A stretch of DNA of 43,696 nt from Nemertoderma westbladi (GCA_032718475.1 JAUCBJ010001063.1:1-43696); one strand, 5' to 3'; shown: positions 13,201 to 25,370, numbered from the stretch's first letter. The notes: generated by a model not told the origin, from the sequence alone. Numbers and translations are program-made.

Positions 13201-16200
13201 CCGTTTAGTATTTTGGTGGTTCACCCAGCCATTGCATGGCTGGGTGAACCAGGGTTTGAAATTTAAAAGATAAAATTTAAAGTACATCTGACAATGCCCC
13301 TAATGCTTTGCATATAATATTTTATTTATTATAAAATATTTAATTAACCTTATTAGATGCTTAATGCCAAAGATCTTATTGATCATGCTCAAAGATCATA
13401 AAAATGACCCATTTGGGCAAATTGACTAAAATTGTGTATATCACCCAATAGCGAACCCGTTTCGACCATAAAGTTACTAATTTTAAATCAATATCGCTCG
13501 TTTTGCCTTTTTGGTATATTATCGCCTACTTCCTGAAGGTGGCCATTCGCCTCTGATATTCGACTTGGCAGTCGGGGACCCGATTTTACGAAAATCCATT
13601 TATCTCGGCTTCCGCTGGGTATTTTTGAAAATTTAAAAAATTGGCGAGCTCCTCTCGTTGTTTCCCATCGATTGGTGTTGTTAATTTCTATATTCCATCA
13701 AAAAATCATTCTTAATTAGCGCTAATTGCTAATTACTGCATTTTTTAACGACTTATTAAATTTCCCCCATAACTCGAGAACTTCTTAATTTACGATTCCG
13801 GGACCGCTTCCGTTGGGTAGATCTCGAGCCTCCCGACCATATCTCTTGTACATGTTTTTACTTTAAACGAATCCTTCCCATAGTAATAGGCGAAAACAAT
13901 ATCGGCCAATCGGCGACCTTCGTTGGCCCCGTAGACCCCCTAGAATTAATTTTTTTCAATTTTTTATTGGGTCCGTCAAGCATAATTCGGGGGTAAGGAA
14001 CATTTTGTAGTTTGTAACTTTTCCGAAATTCCCACTCCTTCTAGGTGTATTTCGCGAAAGATCAAAAAGATCGTGTTTGACCTTGGCCCGATCGAGACCC
14101 CCGCATCGGATCGCTTAGAAAAAAGATGTGGCTGGAGTAAACCATATACCCCCTACGCGATCCAAGCGTCGCCGTTTCCCCAGGTATTGCCAGTTTGGCT
14201 AAAAACGAAATGTCCATTTTGGCGGGAAATTCAAATTTTTTAATTTTAAATCGCTTATAACTCGAGAACCGCTGGTCGGATTGGGCCCAATTTTTTTTTT
14301 AGACAACTAAAAAGGGGGGTATTGTGGGGTACCTGTATCGGCGTTTTCCCCCAATATGCTCCCTTATACCCTATCTCGGCGTCCTCGTCAACTTTCTGTA
14401 TTAAGGAGAAATTGTTAGAGGAGGCGAGGCAATGGTAGTGTTAGGTAGTGGTTAAAACCACCCGGCCTTCGGCCGGGACATGGTTTTTTCGCCTCGTCTC
14501 GTCCAGTTGACCTAAAAACCTATCTATTTTTATTTTATTATTCTATTACTTTCATTTTTTTATACTATTTTTTTTAATATGGAACTTTTTTTTCTAATAA
14601 AATAGCTTTCATCTTGAACTTTTATTCTAAGAAGATAGAAAAAATACTTTTGTCTTTCACGCTAACTTGTATTTTTAATACAATTTTTTTTAATATGGAA
14701 CTTGTATTCATTCTACTGATGAGCACCCTAATACATTTATATATAAGATGCTTTAGGCATTCCAATTACTAGTTACAACCCAGAAATTTATAACGATTTA
14801 CAATATGCTTTTATAACAAACTCCATCGCATTCAATAATTACACTCAAGAGCTAACCACATCCCCACCCACCACCCTAAAATGTATTTAAGGGCTTTTTC
14901 AATTAGGCCGTTTAGTATTTTGGTGGTTCACCCAGCCATTGCATGGCTGGGTGAACCAGGGTTTGAAATTTAAAAGATAAAATTTAAAGTACATCGGGCA
15001 ATGCCCCTAATGCTTTGTATATAATATTTTAATTATTATATAATATTTAATTAACCTTATTAGATGCTTTAGGCCAAAGATCATATTGATCATGCTCAAA
15101 GATCATAAAAATGACCCATTTGGGCAAATTGACTAAAATTATGTATATCACCCAATAGCGAACCCGTTTCGACCAAAAAGTTACTAATTTTAAATCAATA
15201 TCACTCATTTTGCCTTTTTGGTATATTATCGCCTACTTCCTGAAGGTAGCCATTCGCCTGTGATATTCAACTTGGCAGGCAGGGACCCGATTTTACGAAA
15301 ATCCATTTATCTCCGCTTCCGCTGGGTCTTTTTGTAAATTTAAAAAATTGGCGAGCTCCTCTCGTTGTTTCCCATCGATTGGCTGCGTTAATTTCTATAT
15401 TCCATCAATTAATGCGTTCTTAATTAGCGCTAATTGCGAATTACTGCATTTTTTAACGACTCGTTAAATTTCCTCCATAACTCGAGAACTTCTTAATTTA
15501 CGATTCCGGGACCGCTTCCGTTGGATAGATCTCGAGCTTCCCGACCATATCTCTTGTACATGTTTTTACTTTAAACGAATCCTTCCCGTAGTAATAGGCG
15601 AAAATAATATCGGCCAATCAGCGACCTTCGTTGGCCCCGTAGACCCCCTAGAATTAATTTTTTTCAATTTTTTATTGGGTCCGTCAAGCATAATTCGGGG
15701 GTAAGGAACATTTTGTAGTTTGTAACTTTTCCGAAATTCCCACTCCTTCTAGGTATATTTCGCGAAAGATCAAAAAGATCGTGTTTGACCTTCGCCCGAT
15801 CGAGACCCCCGCATCGGATCGCTTAGAAAAAAGATGTGGCTGGAGTAAACCATATACCCCCTACGCGTTCCAAGCGTCGCCGTTTCCCCAGGTATTGCCA
15901 GTTTGGCTAAAAACGAAATGTCCATTTTGGCGGGAAATTCAAATTTTTTAATTTTAAATCGCTTATAACTCGAGAACCGCTGGTCGGATCGGGCCCAAAT
16001 TTTTTTTTAGACAACTAAAAAGGGGGGTATTGTGGGGTACCTGTATCGGCGTTTTCCTCCAATATGCTCCCTTATACCCTATCTCGGCCACACCGTACAC
16101 TTTGGATAAGTTGGGAGAAATTGTTAGAGGAGGCGAGGCAGAGGTAGTGTTAGGTAGTGGTTAAAACCACCCGGCCTTTGGCCGGGACATGGTTTTTTCG

Positions 16201-19200
16201 CCTCGTCTCGTCCAGTTGACCTAAAAACCTGATTTTACACTACCTATTTCTTCTTATTTTTAACTTTAATATTTTATACAATTTTTTTCATACGGAACTT
16301 TTATTTTAATAAAATTGCTTTCATCTTGAACCCTTTTATTTTAATAATATAGGTAGCTATCATCTATAATGCTAACTTGTATATTTTTATAAAAAAAATT
16401 TAAAACGGAACTTGTATTCTTCATTCTACTGATGAACTCGCTAATGCATTTAAATATGGTGATCCAATTACTCGTTACAACAGATTTGTAGAACTATTTG
16501 CGATATCTAGCTTTTATAACAAACTCCATCGCATTCAATAATTACACTCAAGAGCTAACCACATCCCCACCCACCACCCTAAAATGTATTTAAGGGCTTT
16601 TTCAATTAGGCCGTTTAATATTTTGGAGGTTCACCCAGCCATTTCATGGCTGGGTGAACCAGGGTTTGAAATTTAAAAGATAAAATTTAAAGTACATCAG
16701 GCAATGCCGCTAATGCTTTGCATATAATATTTTAATTATTATAAAATATTTAATTAACCTTATTAGATGCTTTAGGCCAACCTTATTAGATGCTTTAGGC
16801 CAAAGATCATATTGATCATGCTCAAAGATCATAAAAATGACCCATTTGGGCAAATTGACTGAAAGTGTGTATATCACCCAATAGCGAACCCATTTCGACC
16901 AAAAAGTTACTAATTTTAAATCAATATTGCTCGTTTTGCCTTTTTTGTATATTATGGCCTACTTCCCGAAGGTGGCCATTCGCCTCTTATATTCGACTTG
17001 CCAGTCCCTGACCCGATTTTACGAAAATCCATTTATCTCCGCTTCCGCTGGGTCTTTTTGAAAATTTAAAAAATTGACGAGCTCCTCTCATTGTTTCCCA
17101 TCGATTGGCAGCGTTAATTTCGATATTCCATCAATAAATCATTCTTAATTAGCGCTAATTACTAATTACTGCATTTTTTAACGACTAATTGATTTTCCTC
17201 CATAACTCGAGAAGATCTTAATTTACGATTCTGGGACCGCTTCCGTTTGATAGATCTCGAGCCTTCCGACCATTTCTCTTGTACATGTTTTTACTTTAAA
17301 CGATTCCTTCCCGTAGTAATAGGCGAAAATACTATCGGCCAATCGGCGACCTTCGTTGGCCCCGTAGACCCCCTAGAATTAATTTTTTTCAATTTTTTAT
17401 TGGGTCCGTCAAGCATAATTCGGGGGTAAGGAACATTTTGTAGTTTTTAACTTTTTCGAAATTCCCACTCCTTCTAGGTGTATTTCGCGAAAGATCGAAA
17501 AGATCGTGTTTGACCTTTGCCCGATCGAGCCCCCCGCTTCGGATCGCTTAGAAAAAAGTTATGGCTGGACTAACCCTTATACCCCCTACGCGATCCAAGT
17601 GTCGCCGTTTCCCCAGGTATAGCCAGTTTGTCTAAAAACGAAATGTCCATTTTGGCGGGAAATTCAAATTTTTTAATTTTAAATCGCTTATAACTCGAGA
17701 ACCGCTGCTCGGATCGGGCCCAATTTTTTTTTTAGACAACTAATTAGGGGGGTATTGTGGGGTACCTGTATCGGCGTTTTCCCCCAATATGCTCCCTTAT
17801 ACCCTATCTCGGCCACCTCGTAAACTTTCTGTATTAAGGAGAAATTGTTAGAGGAGGCGAGGCAATGGTAGTGTTAGGTAGTGGTTAAAACCACCCGGCC
17901 TTCGGCCGGGACATAGGTTTTTCGCCTCTTCTCGTCCAGTTGACCTAAAAACCTGATTTTTCACTACCTATTTTTTATTATTTTTAACTTGTATATTTTA
18001 TACAATTTTATTTTTCATACGGAACTTATATTTTAATAAAATTGCATTCATCTTGAACCCTTTTTATTTTAATAAAATAGGTAGCTATCATCTTTAATGC
18101 TAACTTTTATAATTTTATAAAAAAATATAAATATGGAACTTGTATTCTTCGTTCTACTGATGAACTCGCTAATGCATTTAAATATGGTGATCCAATTACT
18201 CGTTACAACAGATTTGTAGAACTATTTGCGATATGTAGCTTTTATAACAAACTCCATCGCATTCAATAATTACACTCAAGAGCTAACCACATCCCCACCC
18301 ACCACCCTAAAATGTATTCAAGGGCTTATTCAATTAGGCCGTTTAATATTTTGGAGGTTCACCCAGCCATTGCATGGCTGGGTGAACCAGGGTTTGAAAT
18401 TTAATAGATAAAATTTAAAGTACATCTGGCAATGCCCCTAATGCTTTGCATATAATATTTTAATTATTATTAAATATTTAATTAACCTTATTAGATGCTT
18501 TAGGCCAAAGATCATATTGATCATGCTCAAAGATCATAATAATGACCCATTTGGGCAAATTGACTGAAATTGTGTATATCACCCAATAGCGAACCCATTT
18601 CGACCAAAAAGTTACTAATTTTAAATCAATATCGCTCATTTTGCCTTTTTGGTATAATATCGCCTACTTCCTGAAGGTGGCCATTTGCCTCTGATATTCG
18701 ACTTGGCAGGCAGGGACCCGATTTTACGAAAATCCATTTATCTCAGCTTCCGCTGGGTCTTTTTGAAAATTTAAAAAATTGGCGAGCTCCTCTCATTGTT
18801 TCCCATCGATTGGCAGCATTAATTTCGATATTCCATCAATAAATCATTCTTAATTAGCGCTAATTACTAATTACTGCATTTTTTAACGACTAATTGATTT
18901 TCCTCTATAACTCGAGAACATCTTAATTTACGGTTCTGGGACCACTTCCGTTGGATAGATCTCGAGCCCCCCGACCATATCTCTTGTACATGTTTTTACT
19001 TTAAACGAATCCTTCCCGTAGTAATAGGCGAAAACAATATCGGCCAATCGGCGACCTTCGTTGGCCCCGTAGACCTCCTAGAATTAATTTTTTTCAATTT
19101 TTTATTGGGTCCGTCAAGCATAATTCGGGGGTAAGGAACATTTTGTAGTTTGTAACTTTTCCGAAATTCCCACTCCTTCTAGGTGTATTTTGCGAAAGAT

Positions 19201-19655
19201 CAAAAAGATCGTGTTTGACCTTGGCCCGATCGAGACCCCCGCATCGGATCGCTTAGAAAAAAGATGTGGCTGGAGTAAACCATATACCCCCTACGCGATC
19301 CAAGTGGCGCCGTTTCCCCAGGTATAGCCAGTTTGGCTAAAAACGAAATGTCCATTTTGGCGGGAAATTCAAATTTTTTAATTTTAAATCGCTTATAACT
19401 CGAGAACCGCTGGTCGGATCGGGCTCAAATTTTTTTTTAGTCAACTAAAAAGGGGGGTATTGTGGGGTACCTGTATCGGCGTTTTCCCCCAATATGCTCC
19501 CTTATACCCTATCTCGGCCACACCGTACACTTTGGATAAGTTGGGAGAAATTGTTAGAGGAGGCGAGGCAGAGGTAGTGTTAGGTAGTGGTTAAAACCAC
19601 CCGGCCTTCGGCCGGGACATGGTTTTTTCGCCTCGTCTCGTCCAGTCACGAAGAT

Positions 19656-20469
19656 ATGCAAAAGTACCTGGACAACAAACGATTCGGTAAAGACCACATA
19701 ACTATCTGGGAGAAGGTCTTCGGTCATGGATTTATGAGTCCAGGTGGTCTAGAGACCACCAAACCAGCGGTGAAACTGCTGGGATTACAGCAGGGATGGC
19801 GTGTCCTAGACATCGGCAGTGGAACTGGTGGGCCGGCTTTCTACAAGGCCGACACATACGGGGCCGATGTTCTGGGGATAGAGATCGCAAAGGATCCCTA
19901 CGAATTGGCCCTTGAGCGACTGGGCAACAACTTATCAGGTAGTGTTAAATTCCAACTAGGAAATGTTCTGGAAGTTGACTTCCCTCCTGATTCTTTTGAC
20001 GCCGTACTATCGCACAATTCCCTCGTATATTGCAGCCCTGACCAGAAACGGTCGGCATTGGATAAGATATTACAATGGCTAAAACCCGGGGGTGTTTTCT
20101 GTGTAACAGAGTACACTGCTGTTGAGGAAGTGAATTAGTCAGAAGATCTTCTTGAGGAACACCGGAAGCGGGGATACTGTAAAGTTTTCTCCTTTCAAGA
20201 ACAACGCGAAATATTTCGATTGGCTGGTTTTTTTTATAACAAACGAACTCGATTGGACACATCTTTTCGAAGAAGCTGTCGAAAATAATTATGAAACGAT
20301 ATTGAATAATAGCCAAACGTTTCTAGATTGTGGCATGTCAGCTGAGGCGTATAGACAAACAGTAGATGACTTCAAAAAGATGTTGGGACTGATACGTATT
20401 GGCCAATGGACATGGAGCTGTTTCCATGGCTGCAAGCCAGCAACGTCCTTGAGGACATTTAGTTTGTGA
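19656..20469 (+). pseudogene. Single-domain phosphoethanolamine N-methyltransferase (PMT/PEAMT)-like SAM methyltransferase, disrupted
   Basis: MQKYLDN..WEKVFGHGFMSPGGLETT..VLDIGSGTGG..WLKPGG. TAG at 20136-20138 sits where PMTs have Trp (N*SEDLLEEHRKRGY vs NWDDEFKEYVKQRKY). The frame continues to RLAGF, shifts in the T8 run at 20228-20235, then reads ..GQWTWSCFHGCKP to the stop at 20469. Confidence 0.8.
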
Positions 20470-20482
20470 ATCATTGCTTTTA

Positions 20483-20632
20483 TTACAATGTCAACAACTT
20501 AACAGCGTTCTGGTGAATTACTCTTGACGCTGCAAAGTACCAACTTTGCAGCGTTGCGGCATATACAGACAGATATAGGACGGAACGCTGCAAAGTAATC
20601 CATAATTTAGTAATAATAAACTTCTAGAACAC
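20483..20632 (-). repeat. Internally deleted, inverted copy of the element at 36277-37050
   Basis: Reverse complement matches ~36944-37049 (AACGCTGCAAAGT/ACTTTGCAGCGTT motifs, CAGAACGCTG) and 36277-36290 (GTGTTCTAGAAGTT). Confidence 0.7.
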
Positions 20633-20889
20633 GTCTTGTGTATTCTCAATTGATAACAATTTTATGCTAAGAGTAACATTATTTACCGTACAGTTACAGT
20701 AACTATATTTGATTTCATAAAATAAATATGAATTTTATTAATATTCCTAAACATTAATATATTAAAGCTAAGAATAATTAAGAATTCAGAACGCCGTCTA
20801 CTATTATCGGCATGCTGCATTGAGGCTGTATTATTTATATCATATATACATATATATTGAGAATGCTGTGCCGGCTTGTCGACAAAATT

Positions 20890-21200
20890 GCGCAGCCACA
20901 ACTCCCTATCACCCATGACATACGCATATCATCCGCATACCATCATCCGCATCTTAAAGGCCAGTGTCCTTTAAGATGCATCTCAAAGTCATGGGCTTTC
21001 CACCATGCTTATTCACCCCATGATGCCGCCAAGGCATAAGAGTATGCACTGGTTGGTCCTCACAGCTGAAGCAATGTCCTGCAAAGCGGAGGCGGCTTTA
21101 TTCTAGTGTCGAGCTTGGGGGAACCAATGAGACACCTCCAATGTTACATAGTGTCTGGTTGGAGATGTGTGCATTGTACTTGGCAAAAAATGAACCTGAA
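20890..21200 (-). mobile_element. Degenerate 3' fragment of a non-LTR retrotransposon (RTE/RTEX-like ORF2 C-terminus)
   Basis: Minus-strand translation HISNQTL...RLRFAGHCFSCEDQPVHTLMPW..HGVNKHGGKP...KDTGL...MGDRELW, with stops and frameshifts. Homologous copy at ~40869-41022. Confidence 0.7.
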
Positions 21201-22324
21201 GCGCTTTCATTGTTTTGGGTGGAATTTGTCCAATTAATTTAGTTGATAAATTAATGTAATGGGTTTACATGTTGTATAATTCCTCAATAATGTATTAACA
21301 AATTGATATTGCGAGTTAATAATATCATGAATCTCGCGAGTTTAATTAAATAAAGTAACAACCTACTGCTACGCCTCTAGCAGTTGTGCCGTGAGTTGAA
21401 TAATAAAGTCGCGTCTAAAATACATGTTATATCAGTGTGGAATACATTATTGAGTAAAAATACCAAATATATGCAAATGTATGCAAACATTATGCAATTG
21501 GCAGAAACGCTAAAGCTAAGAGTTGGGCTGAGTCACGCAGTCTGTGAGTATATGATGCAGATGGAGCGAGCCCATCCCACTAAACATCCGCCTGTCTCAG
21601 TAAATGTATTTAACCAGTTACACGATGCACTAATTATACTATATCGCCACGTCCCATACAATCTATACTGCATGTTAGTTACACTTAATTATACAGTATA
21701 ATAGAATCTTATATAAAGTATATTGTACATGTTGTAGTGTGTCATTGTGAAGTGTTATATAATTAATAGTAAGTATTGGTCTATTCTCCAATGCAATACA
21801 TTATTCAACTGTGTATAGATATATTATTTATAATTTGTATAAATTTTCCCAACCCTAAAGTGAGCAATTATATTGTACTGAGCACTACAAATAGTTGCAG
21901 ATCGAGAAGTTAAGAAAATTGGGTTGCGAAGAAAATCATGCATAATAAGTGAGGGAGGGAGCAAGGGTCTGTCTGAGAGTCGATACCGAATCTCGCGGTT
22001 TGGCTATTTAAAAAAAAATACAACAGAATCAAATCCGAAACAAAAAATAAAATATTAATTTTATTTAAGAAATTATTTACGACAATATAAGTATAATTTT
22101 CAAGGATTTATTTTTCCGAGGGAATTAAATGAAGTAGGTGTGTCACGGGTGCGTGAGCCAGGAAGTGGAGTTGGCATGGACCCTAGACCAGGGAGCGCAG
22201 CAGTGGAACCGGGGAGGTAGTCTTCTGGGGGTCATTCAAGTATTACCGCCATCATCATCACTTCCCTCAGGGTGGGTCCCTCGCCAACTGAATGTGACAG
22301 GCATCATATATTCATAATAATATG

Positions 22325-23467
22325 AACGAGTTATTAGATAACGAGTTATTAGAGAAAGAGTTATTAGTGAACGAGTTATTAGTGAGCGAGTTATTAAAGA
22401 ATGAGTTATTAGAGAACGAGTTATTAGAGAACTAGTTATTAGAGAACTGGTTATTAGATAACGAGTTATTAGTGAACGAGTTATTAGTGAACGAGTTATT
22501 AGATAACGAGTTATTCGTGAACGAGTTATTAGATAACGAGTTATTAGTGACCGAGTTATTAGAGAACGAGTTATTAGAGAACGAGTTATTAGAGAACTAG
22601 TTATTAGATAACGAGTTATTATATAACGGTTATTTGAGAACTAGTTATTAGATAACGAGTTATTAGAGAACGAGTTATTAGATAACTAGTTATTAGGTAA
22701 CGAATTATTATATAACGGTTAGTAGTGAACGACTTATTAGATAACGAGTTATTAGATAACGAGTTATTAGAGAACGAGTTATTAGAGAACGAGTTATTAG
22801 ATAACGAGTTATTAGATAACGAGTTATTAGATAACGAGTTATTAGAGAACTAGTTATTAGATAACGCGTTATTAGACAACGAGTTATTAGAGAACGAGTT
22901 ATTATAGAACGAGTTATTAGAGAACTAGTTATTAGATAACGTGTTATTAGATAACGAGTTATTAGATAACGAGTTATTAGATAACGAGTTATTAGAGAAC
23001 TAGTTACTAGATAACGAGTTATTAGATAACAAGTTATTATATAACGAGTTATTAGATAACAAGTTATTATATAACGAGTTATTAGAGAACTAGTTATTAG
23101 AGAACTAGTTATTAGATAACGAGTTATTAGAAAACGAGTTATTAGATAACGAGTTATTAGATAACGAGTTATTAGATAAAGAGTTATTAGAAAACGAGTT
23201 ATTAGATAACGAGTTATTAGATAACTAGTTATTAGAGAACTAGTTGTTAGAGAACGAGTTATTAGAGAACTAGTTATTAGAGAACGAGTTATTAGAGAAC
23301 TAGTTATTAGATAACGAGTTATTAGAGACTAGTTACTAGATAACGAGTTATTAGATAACAAGTTATTAAATAACGAGTTGTTAGAGAACTAGTTATTAGA
23401 GAACTAGTTATTAGATAACGAGTTATTAGAGAACGAGTTATTAGATAACGAGTTATAGATAACGAGT
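22325..23467. repeat. 15-bp satellite/minisatellite block 1 (~76 monomers), consensus AACGAGTTATTAGA(T/G)
   Basis: Directly visible periodicity; variants AACTAG, AACAAG, TAGTG. Confidence 0.97.
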
Positions 23468-24585
23468 GGTCAGTAATGGTTGACCGATGCGCCTGTAAAT
23501 AGCCTCTCGTCAACAAGTCAACCCCACCGACTAGCGGTACTGGCTGTTTTTGCTGACGGGGCTCTGTCGAACAACGCGTCCCTGATAGCAGTAAAGGGGG
23601 TCTCTTTATTGAGGGGCAGTATTATTATTGCCGCGGAACTGCCCCAACTCATCACCTCTCCCAATCCCAATCTCCGACGAGAATGAACATTAAATCAACA
23701 TACACCAACCCGCTACCCTACCCCACACACCGACACCACCCACCCCCTACCCACCCACACCTAAGTTTCTGGAAGATTGTAACCAATACAAAACACAGGC
23801 TAAGTTGAATGATGCAACTAAAACGGTAAGCTCGAAAGACGAATGCATGAATCACTGAGAATCTCATTTCATGGAATACATTATTGTTAACCTATACTAA
23901 ATTAATTTCAATACTCACCTAACATTTAAGCGAGTGTCAATACATACTCCTTCATAAGCATGCTATTCACTACGGTAAGTGGTACTTACTATATAAATTT
24001 GACAAAAGCTGGCATTGTAATTCATCTCTAATAGCATGGTATAAACTAACGAAAAATCGACAATTAATATAAGATTGATATTATTACTTACTTACTTCCT
24101 TGTAATGTATATTTTTCAGAAATAATTATTTAGATGCGTTAATTTCACATATTTTCAGGACCTTCACATCCCATTTTACCCAACTTTTCATTTTCATTTT
24201 CACTTTCAGGGGTTTTAATTTCCATGCGGTATAGGGTTCCGCAACTTTTAGTGGCGACACTAGAGACATCTAACCCAGGGTAGGGTATTCCTTAAATACC
24301 CCCTGTAGGTGTTGGGCTGGGCTCCTATGGGTAAGATACAGCATAGCGCACTACCCAACTAACAAATTACTAATACTTACTTACTATTTACTATTTAATT
24401 CCGACTCTATCCTATAACGATAACGGACAACATCACTACCAAAAATAAAAGAATGTCACTTCACTACCCCAATAGAAAATCCACTACCTTTTCATTACAC
24501 GCGTCATGATATTAATAACCCGAGGATAATACCCCTTTGTTATTGATATTATACCCCTGCTGTAATGAATATTCACCGAGCAACA

Positions 24586-25370
24586 ATTAGATAACGAGTT
24601 ATTAGAGAACGAGTTATTAGAGAACGAGTTATTAGAGAACGAGTTATTAGATAACGAATTATTATATAACGGTTGTAGTGAACGACTTATTAGATAACGA
24701 GTTATTAGAGAACTAGTTATTATATAACGAGTTATTAGATAACGAGTTATTAGATAACGAGTTATTAGTGAGCGAGTTATTAGATAACGAGTTATTAGAT
24801 AACGAGTTATTAGATAACGAGTTATTAGAGAACTAGTTATTAGATAACGAGTTATTAGATAACGAGTTATTAGATAACGAGTTATTAGATAACGAGTTAT
24901 TAGATAACGAGTTATTAGATAACGAGTTATTAGATAACGAGTTATTAGATAACGAGTTATTAGATAACGAGTTATTAGATAACGAGTTATTAGATAACGA
25001 GTTATTAGATAACGAGTTATTAGATAACTAGTTATTAGAGAACGAGTTATTAGAGAACTAGTTATTAGATAGCGAGTTATTAGAGAACTAGTTACTAGAT
25101 AACGAGTTATTAGATAACAAGTTATTATATAACGAGTTATTAGAGAACTAGTTATTAGAGAACTAGTTATTAGATAACGAGTTATTAGAGAACGAGTTAT
25201 TAGATAACGAGTTATTAGATAACGAGTTATTAGAGAACGAGTTATTAGAGAACGAGTTATTAGAGAACGAGTTATTAGAGAACTAGTTATTAGATAACGA
25301 GTTATTAGAGAACGAGTTATTAGAGAACTAGTTATAAGAGAACTAGTTATTAGATAACGAGTTATTAGAG
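24586..25370. repeat. 15-bp satellite block 2 (~52 monomers), same family and orientation as block 1
   Basis: Same monomer; homogeneous run at 24841-25020. Confidence 0.97.

Larger units (their letters stand above)
2532..19646 (+). mobile_element. Tandem array of 10 non-coding ~1.71-kb units, probably a non-autonomous rolling-circle (Helitron/Helentron-like) element
   Basis: Units: 2538-4243, 4244-5951, 5952-7667, 7668-9376, 9377-11085, 11086-12802, 12803-14507, 14508-16216, 16217-17940, 17941-19646. Junction TCTCG-TCCAGT-TGACCTAAAAACC; TCCAGT also at 2532-2537. Each unit has a 3' GC hairpin CCCGGCC-TTY-GGCCGGG and the internal motif ATAACTCGAGAA twice. No ORF over ~60 aa lies wholly inside a unit. 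The tandem structure is certain; the family is inferred. Confidence 0.8.

Noticed and set aside
2538-19646. rDNA, 5S, snRNA or histone tandem cluster
   Set aside because: I recognised no rRNA, tRNA, snRNA or histone sequence in the unit. An Rfam scan would be needed to exclude an unknown ncRNA.
19587-19655. N-terminal extension MVKTTRPSAGTWFFRLVSS of the methyltransferase ORF
   Set aside because: Derives from the last repeat unit with a GTG start; homology begins at about ATG 19656.
20136-20138. Stop-codon readthrough or alternative genetic code at the in-frame TAG
   Set aside because: GPD1 terminates at TAG normally, and a second lesion (frameshift) follows; a TGG-to-TAG mutation is simpler.
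20152-20469. Separate 105-aa gene
   Set aside because: Its latter part is the frameshifted C-terminus of the PMT-like pseudogene.
22141-22299. TGTCAC...GTGACA-bounded GC-rich 159-bp segment resembling a solo LTR
   Set aside because: No matching TSD (AGGTG vs GGCAT), very short, no second copy in the window.
22325-25370. CRISPR-like appearance of the short repeats (also 25851-25939 and 39275-39360)
   Set aside because: Contiguous monomers without unique spacers, no cas genes, eukaryotic context.
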